From Candidatus Latescibacterota bacterium (lineage in GTDB: Bacteria > Latescibacterota > UBA2968 > UBA8231), in NCBI GenBank assembly GCA_965208105.1, contig OZ242318.1:4448001-4512000 (forward strand): a stretch of DNA of 64,000 bases, given 5' to 3'. Every line of letters begins with the position of its first letter. Position 1 is the first letter of the stretch. Both the position numbers and the translations under genes were made by a program. Of this stretch, positions 57,711 through 64,000 are shown one piece after another. The notes beneath the pieces are model-generated. The model was not told the origin of the DNA. It made no database searches and saw only the letters and a list, made by a program, of their open reading frames with translations.

Positions 57711-58970
57711 ATGTCGACCATCGAAGGTGCCTACGAAGCGGCCAGGGACCGCTATGCAGAGTTCGGAGTGGATACTGAAAATGCAATCGAGAGCCTCGGT
57801 GGGATCGCCATTTCGATCCATTGCTGGCAGGGGGACGACCTCGTGGGATTCGAGGGAGGCGGCAATATTTCCGAGGGCGGCATCATGGCCACGGGCAACT
57901 ATCCGGGCCGGTCCCGCAACGCCGCCGAGCTCAGGGCGGATATCGAGATGGCGCTGAAGTTCATTCCGGGCAGGCACCGGCTCAACCTTCATGCCATCTA
58001 TGCCGAGACCGGCGGCAGGCCAGTCGAAAGGAACGGGATCTCCACCGAACATTTCGCCAACTGGATAGACTGGGCCCGGCAACTGGGCATCGGTCTGGAT
58101 TTCAACCCCACCTGCTTCGCCCACCCCATGGCATCATCAGGTTTTACCCTCGCCAGTCTCGACCCGGCAGTGCGCAGCTACTGGATCGAGCATTGCATGG
58201 CCTGCCGCCGTATCGGCGCGGCCATGGGCGAGGCCCTGGATTCCCCGTGTGTCACCAATATCTGGATTCCGGACGGCTACAAGGACCTGCCCGCTGACCG
58301 GAGAGCGCACCGGGAACATCTGGCCGGCTCCCTCGACCGCGTGCTGGCCGAGACCATCGATCCCGCCCACAATCTGGACGCGGTGGAATGCAAGCTTTTC
58401 GGCATCGGCTCCGAGTCCTACGTTGCCGGCTCCCACGAATTCTACCTGGGGTACGCCGCGAAGAAACAGCTAGTCCTCTGTCTGGACGCCGGGCACTTCC
58501 ATCCAACCGAGGAGATCGCCGACAAGCTGTCGGCGGTTCTCCTCTTCGTGCCCAGCGTGCTGCTGCACGTAAGCCGGGGGGTGCGGTGGGACAGCGACCA
58601 CGTGGTCCTGTTCACGGATTCTCTGCAGCAGATCGCCCACGAGCTGGTGCGCGGCGATTACCTTGATCGGGTCCGCGTAGGTCTGGACTTCTTCGACGCC
58701 AGCATCAACCGCGTCGCCGCCTGGATAATCGGCACCCGCAGCATGATAAAGGCGCTCCTGTTCGCCCTGCTGGAACCCACCCACCTTCTCAGGTCATGCG
58801 AGCAGGAAGGTGATTTCACCGCCAGGCTGGCCCTCATGGAGGAGATGAAGACCATGCCCTTCCAGGCCGTGTGGGAACATGCCTGTGCCCGCCGGAGCGT
58901 GCCGGGCAGCTTCCAGTGGGTGGATGAAATAAAGCGCTATGAAAGGGAGGTGATGGCGGCCAGGGATTGA
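57711..58970 (+). CDS. rhaA: L-rhamnose isomerase
   Basis: [43 protein letters not shown]. Confidence 0.95.
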   Translation: MSTIEGAYEAARDRYAEFGVDTENAIESLGGIAISIHCWQGDDLVGFEGGGNISEGGIMATGNYPGRSRNAAELRADIEMALKFIPGRHRLNLHAIYAETGGRPVERNGISTEHFANWIDWARQLGIGLDFNPTCFAHPMASSGFTLASLDPAVRSYWIEHCMACRRIGAAMGEALDSPCVTNIWIPDGYKDLPADRRAHREHLAGSLDRVLAETIDPAHNLDAVECKLFGIGSESYVAGSHEFYLGYAAKKQLVLCLDAGHFHPTEEIADKLSAVLLFVPSVLLHVSRGVRWDSDHVVLFTDSLQQIAHELVRGDYLDRVRVGLDFFDASINRVAAWIIGTRSMIKALLFALLEPTHLLRSCEQEGDFTARLALMEEMKTMPFQAVWEHACARRSVPGSFQWVDEIKRYEREVMAARD

Positions 58971-59093
58971 GGCGTCCTGCATGGGGCCGGCCGCAGTGGG
59001 TGGACCGCCATGGTCAGGAATCCTCCTGTGAGGGCGCTTCGTTCCGGCCGGGTCCCTGATACCGCGGCCTGTGGCGGCAGACGGACCGGGGGG

Positions 59094-61890
<2,797 letters not shown>

Positions 61891-62029
61891 CGGTTCCCTC
61901 CTTTGGTCCGGGATGCACCCAAGACTCGATGACGCGGAGAGTCAGGGTGGAATAACGTCGCTATTCCGCGCCGGAAGTTCAACTCCATCGGAGAACCTGG
62001 CGGCTCAGCCGGGACCTGGCTTCGGGCTG

Positions 62030-62434
62030 CTAAACCTCGAATTTTTCGACCTGGTCTTCCTCGTGCTCGTTGGCGATGACGTAGAACACCAGGTCCTCGG
62101 TCTCGCTGCCGTTGCGAATGCGGTGGCGCGTGCCCGCCGGCTGCATCAGGCAGTCACCGGCGACGGCTTTCACCGTCTCGCCCTCCCGTTGCACGATGGC
62201 AGTCCCGGCCACGACGATGAAAAACTCCCAGCGATGACTGTGGGCGTGAACGGGACACGGTCGAGCTCCCGGCGGCACACGGGTCAATTCGACGTCGAAG
62301 GGGTGGGGATGGCCCTCCCTGTTGCCGAGGGCAACCGAAACGTGCCGGCGATAGCGTTCGTAGTTGCCCTCCTTCCACTGCCAGACCTGGTGTTCCACCT
62401 GCACATCCTCGACATTGATCTTCCAGTCAGACAT
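62030..62434 (-). CDS. Cupin domain protein
   Basis: PVHAH...EFF.V..G...GD...PAG..H.IRN. Confidence 0.82.
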   Translation of the reverse strand: MSDWKINVEDVQVEHQVWQWKEGNYERYRRHVSVALGNREGHPHPFDVELTRVPPGARPCPVHAHSHRWEFFIVVAGTAIVQREGETVKAVAGDCLMQPAGTRHRIRNGSETEDLVFYVIANEHEEDQVEKFEV

Positions 62435-62861
62435 GGTTCTTCCCTTCATTCACAGAACCGACCTGGCCAACCGTCGGTCCGACCGCGGAGGACGGGAACA
62501 TGAGGAAGTGTGCCGCCGGGGGAGCGACAACCTCACCGGCAGCCGGGTCCGTGTTCCCAGGTTGTGCGGAAGGCAGCCCGCCGGGTCGGGTAATCTACCC
62601 AAAAATTCTCCCTCGGCCAGTCGGGTCCGGATAAAGGGCGGATTCTGCCGGGGGAACGGGCAAGGGAATGCGTCCATGGCCCGCCTTGCAGGAGGCCTCC
62701 GTCCCTCCGCAAAGGCCCCGTGGTTCCGAGTTGCGGCTGCGATTTCAACCAGTTCAGCTCGCCGAGGCCTGCGAGGCCACCCGCGGTGGAGGAGCGGCTT
62801 GACCGATTCCCCCGGGGGCACTTATTTTTCCTCAAGACGCGGTCCGGATGAGTTGCAGCCC

Positions 62862-64000
62862 ATGATCTTCGACGATTACGAACTCGATCCCGCCATCTTC
62901 GACGAGATGTTCCTGCCGGACGGAGCCCCCCGCGAGCATTGCCTGGGAGTTTACGAAGCCCTCGTACGGCTCTCTGGTGAAGACCTGGCCAACATCCAGG
63001 ATCGCGTGACCCGCTCCTTTTCCAACGAGGGAATCACCTTCACGGTTTACGGCGACGAAGAAGCCGACGAGCGCATCATTCCCATAGACTGCCTGCCCCG
63101 GGTAATGGCAAGGGGAGAATGGCTGCACCTCGAGGCCGGGCTCACCCAGCGTCTCAAGGCCCTCAACCGTTTCCTGGAGGATGTCTACAACGAGGCCCGC
63201 ATTGTCGAGGACGGCGTGATCCCCGTGGAGGTGGTGCGCGGCTGTCCCCAGTACCGCACCGAGATGCGCGGCTTCTCCATACCCCACGGGACCTGGGTGG
63301 CCATCTGCGGCACCGACCTGGTGAGGACGGGCGACGGCTTCTCCGTGCTCGAGGACAACCTCAGGGTGCCTTCCGGCGTATCCTACATGCTCGCCAACCG
63401 CAAGGCGGCCAAGGCCAGCCTGCGCCGCCTGTACCGCGAATCGCGGGTGAAGGAGGTTGAACACTATGGGAAGGTGCTGCTGCAAACCCTGCGGGAGCTG
63501 GCTCCAAAGGGGCGCTCGAATCCGACCATCGTCCTCTTGACTCCCGGGGTCTACAACTCCGCCTTCTACGAGCACATTTTCCTCGCGCGAGAACTTGGCG
63601 TCGAGCTGGTGGAGGGACGCGACCTTCTGGTCAACGACGGATTCGTCTACATGCGCACCACTTCGGGCCTGCGCCGCGTCGACGTAGTCTACAGGCGGGT
63701 GGACGACGACTTCATCGACCCCCTCGTCTTCCGCTCGGATTCTCTCCTGGGGGTGCCGGGGTTGATGCACGCCTACAGGCTGGGCAACGTGAACCTGGTC
63801 AACGCGCCGGGAACGGGGGTCGCCGACGACAAGAGCGTCTACGCCTACGTGCCGGACATGATCCGCTACTACCTGGCTGAAGAGCCCATTCTCGGAAATG
63901 TCGAAACCCGTCTCTGCCGCCGGCCCGAGGACCTGGAATACACCCTTGACAACCTGCAGGACCTGGTGGTCAAGCGCGTCGGCGAGTCCGGAGGCTACGG
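62862..64000 (+). CDS. Circularly permuted type 2 ATP-grasp protein, partial (runs off window)
   Basis: Manual translation: GITFTVY, LEDNLRVPSGVSY, YNSAFYEH, YRRVDDDF, NAPGTGVADDK. Confidence 0.88.
   Translation, partial: MIFDDYELDPAIFDEMFLPDGAPREHCLGVYEALVRLSGEDLANIQDRVTRSFSNEGITFTVYGDEEADERIIPIDCLPRVMARGEWLHLEAGLTQRLKALNRFLEDVYNEARIVEDGVIPVEVVRGCPQYRTEMRGFSIPHGTWVAICGTDLVRTGDGFSVLEDNLRVPSGVSYMLANRKAAKASLRRLYRESRVKEVEHYGKVLLQTLRELAPKGRSNPTIVLLTPGVYNSAFYEHIFLARELGVELVEGRDLLVNDGFVYMRTTSGLRRVDVVYRRVDDDFIDPLVFRSDSLLGVPGLMHAYRLGNVNLVNAPGTGVADDKSVYAYVPDMIRYYLAEEPILGNVETRLCRRPEDLEYTLDNLQDLVVKRVGESGGY

Overview
GC-rich bacterial chromosomal window. The trm[10 protein letters not shown] variant, a DUF3098 gene, a PNPFN/FlgD-type C-terminal domain and multiple PhyH dioxygenases suggest an FCB-group lineage such as Latescibacterota (inference only). 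Left arm (1-16 kb): partial recJ, rsmB-PASTA-rpe, ffh-rpsP-rimM-trmD-rplS, two PhyH dioxygenases, a deacetylase, panE, an MlrC peptidase, a cold-shock gene whose long leader carries six GTAG-N3/4-CTAC mini-hairpins, and a divergent purF. Centre (about 16.4-46.3 kb): about 38 mostly short, mutually unrelated genes, all on the minus strand and visibly less GC-rich than the flanks (GNATs, SAM methyltransferases, VOC, NUDIX, kinases, nucleotidyltransferases, LysE, secreted proteins). Many junctions carry members of one family of degenerate palindromic spacers with attC-like TAAC...GTTA architecture, and no integrase is visible in the window. This looks like a large, eroding integron-like cassette array (CALIN-like). 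Right arm: a ceramidase-like/oxidoreductase/EamA operon, a DUF2089-DUF4097-SHOCT-like operon with a zinc metalloprotease, MltF-like transglycosylase, rhaA, lysA, a beta-propeller hydrolase, a cupin and a partial circularly permuted ATP-grasp gene. No rRNA, tRNA or CRISPR array was recognised. All calls come from reading motifs by eye; no database searches were run.
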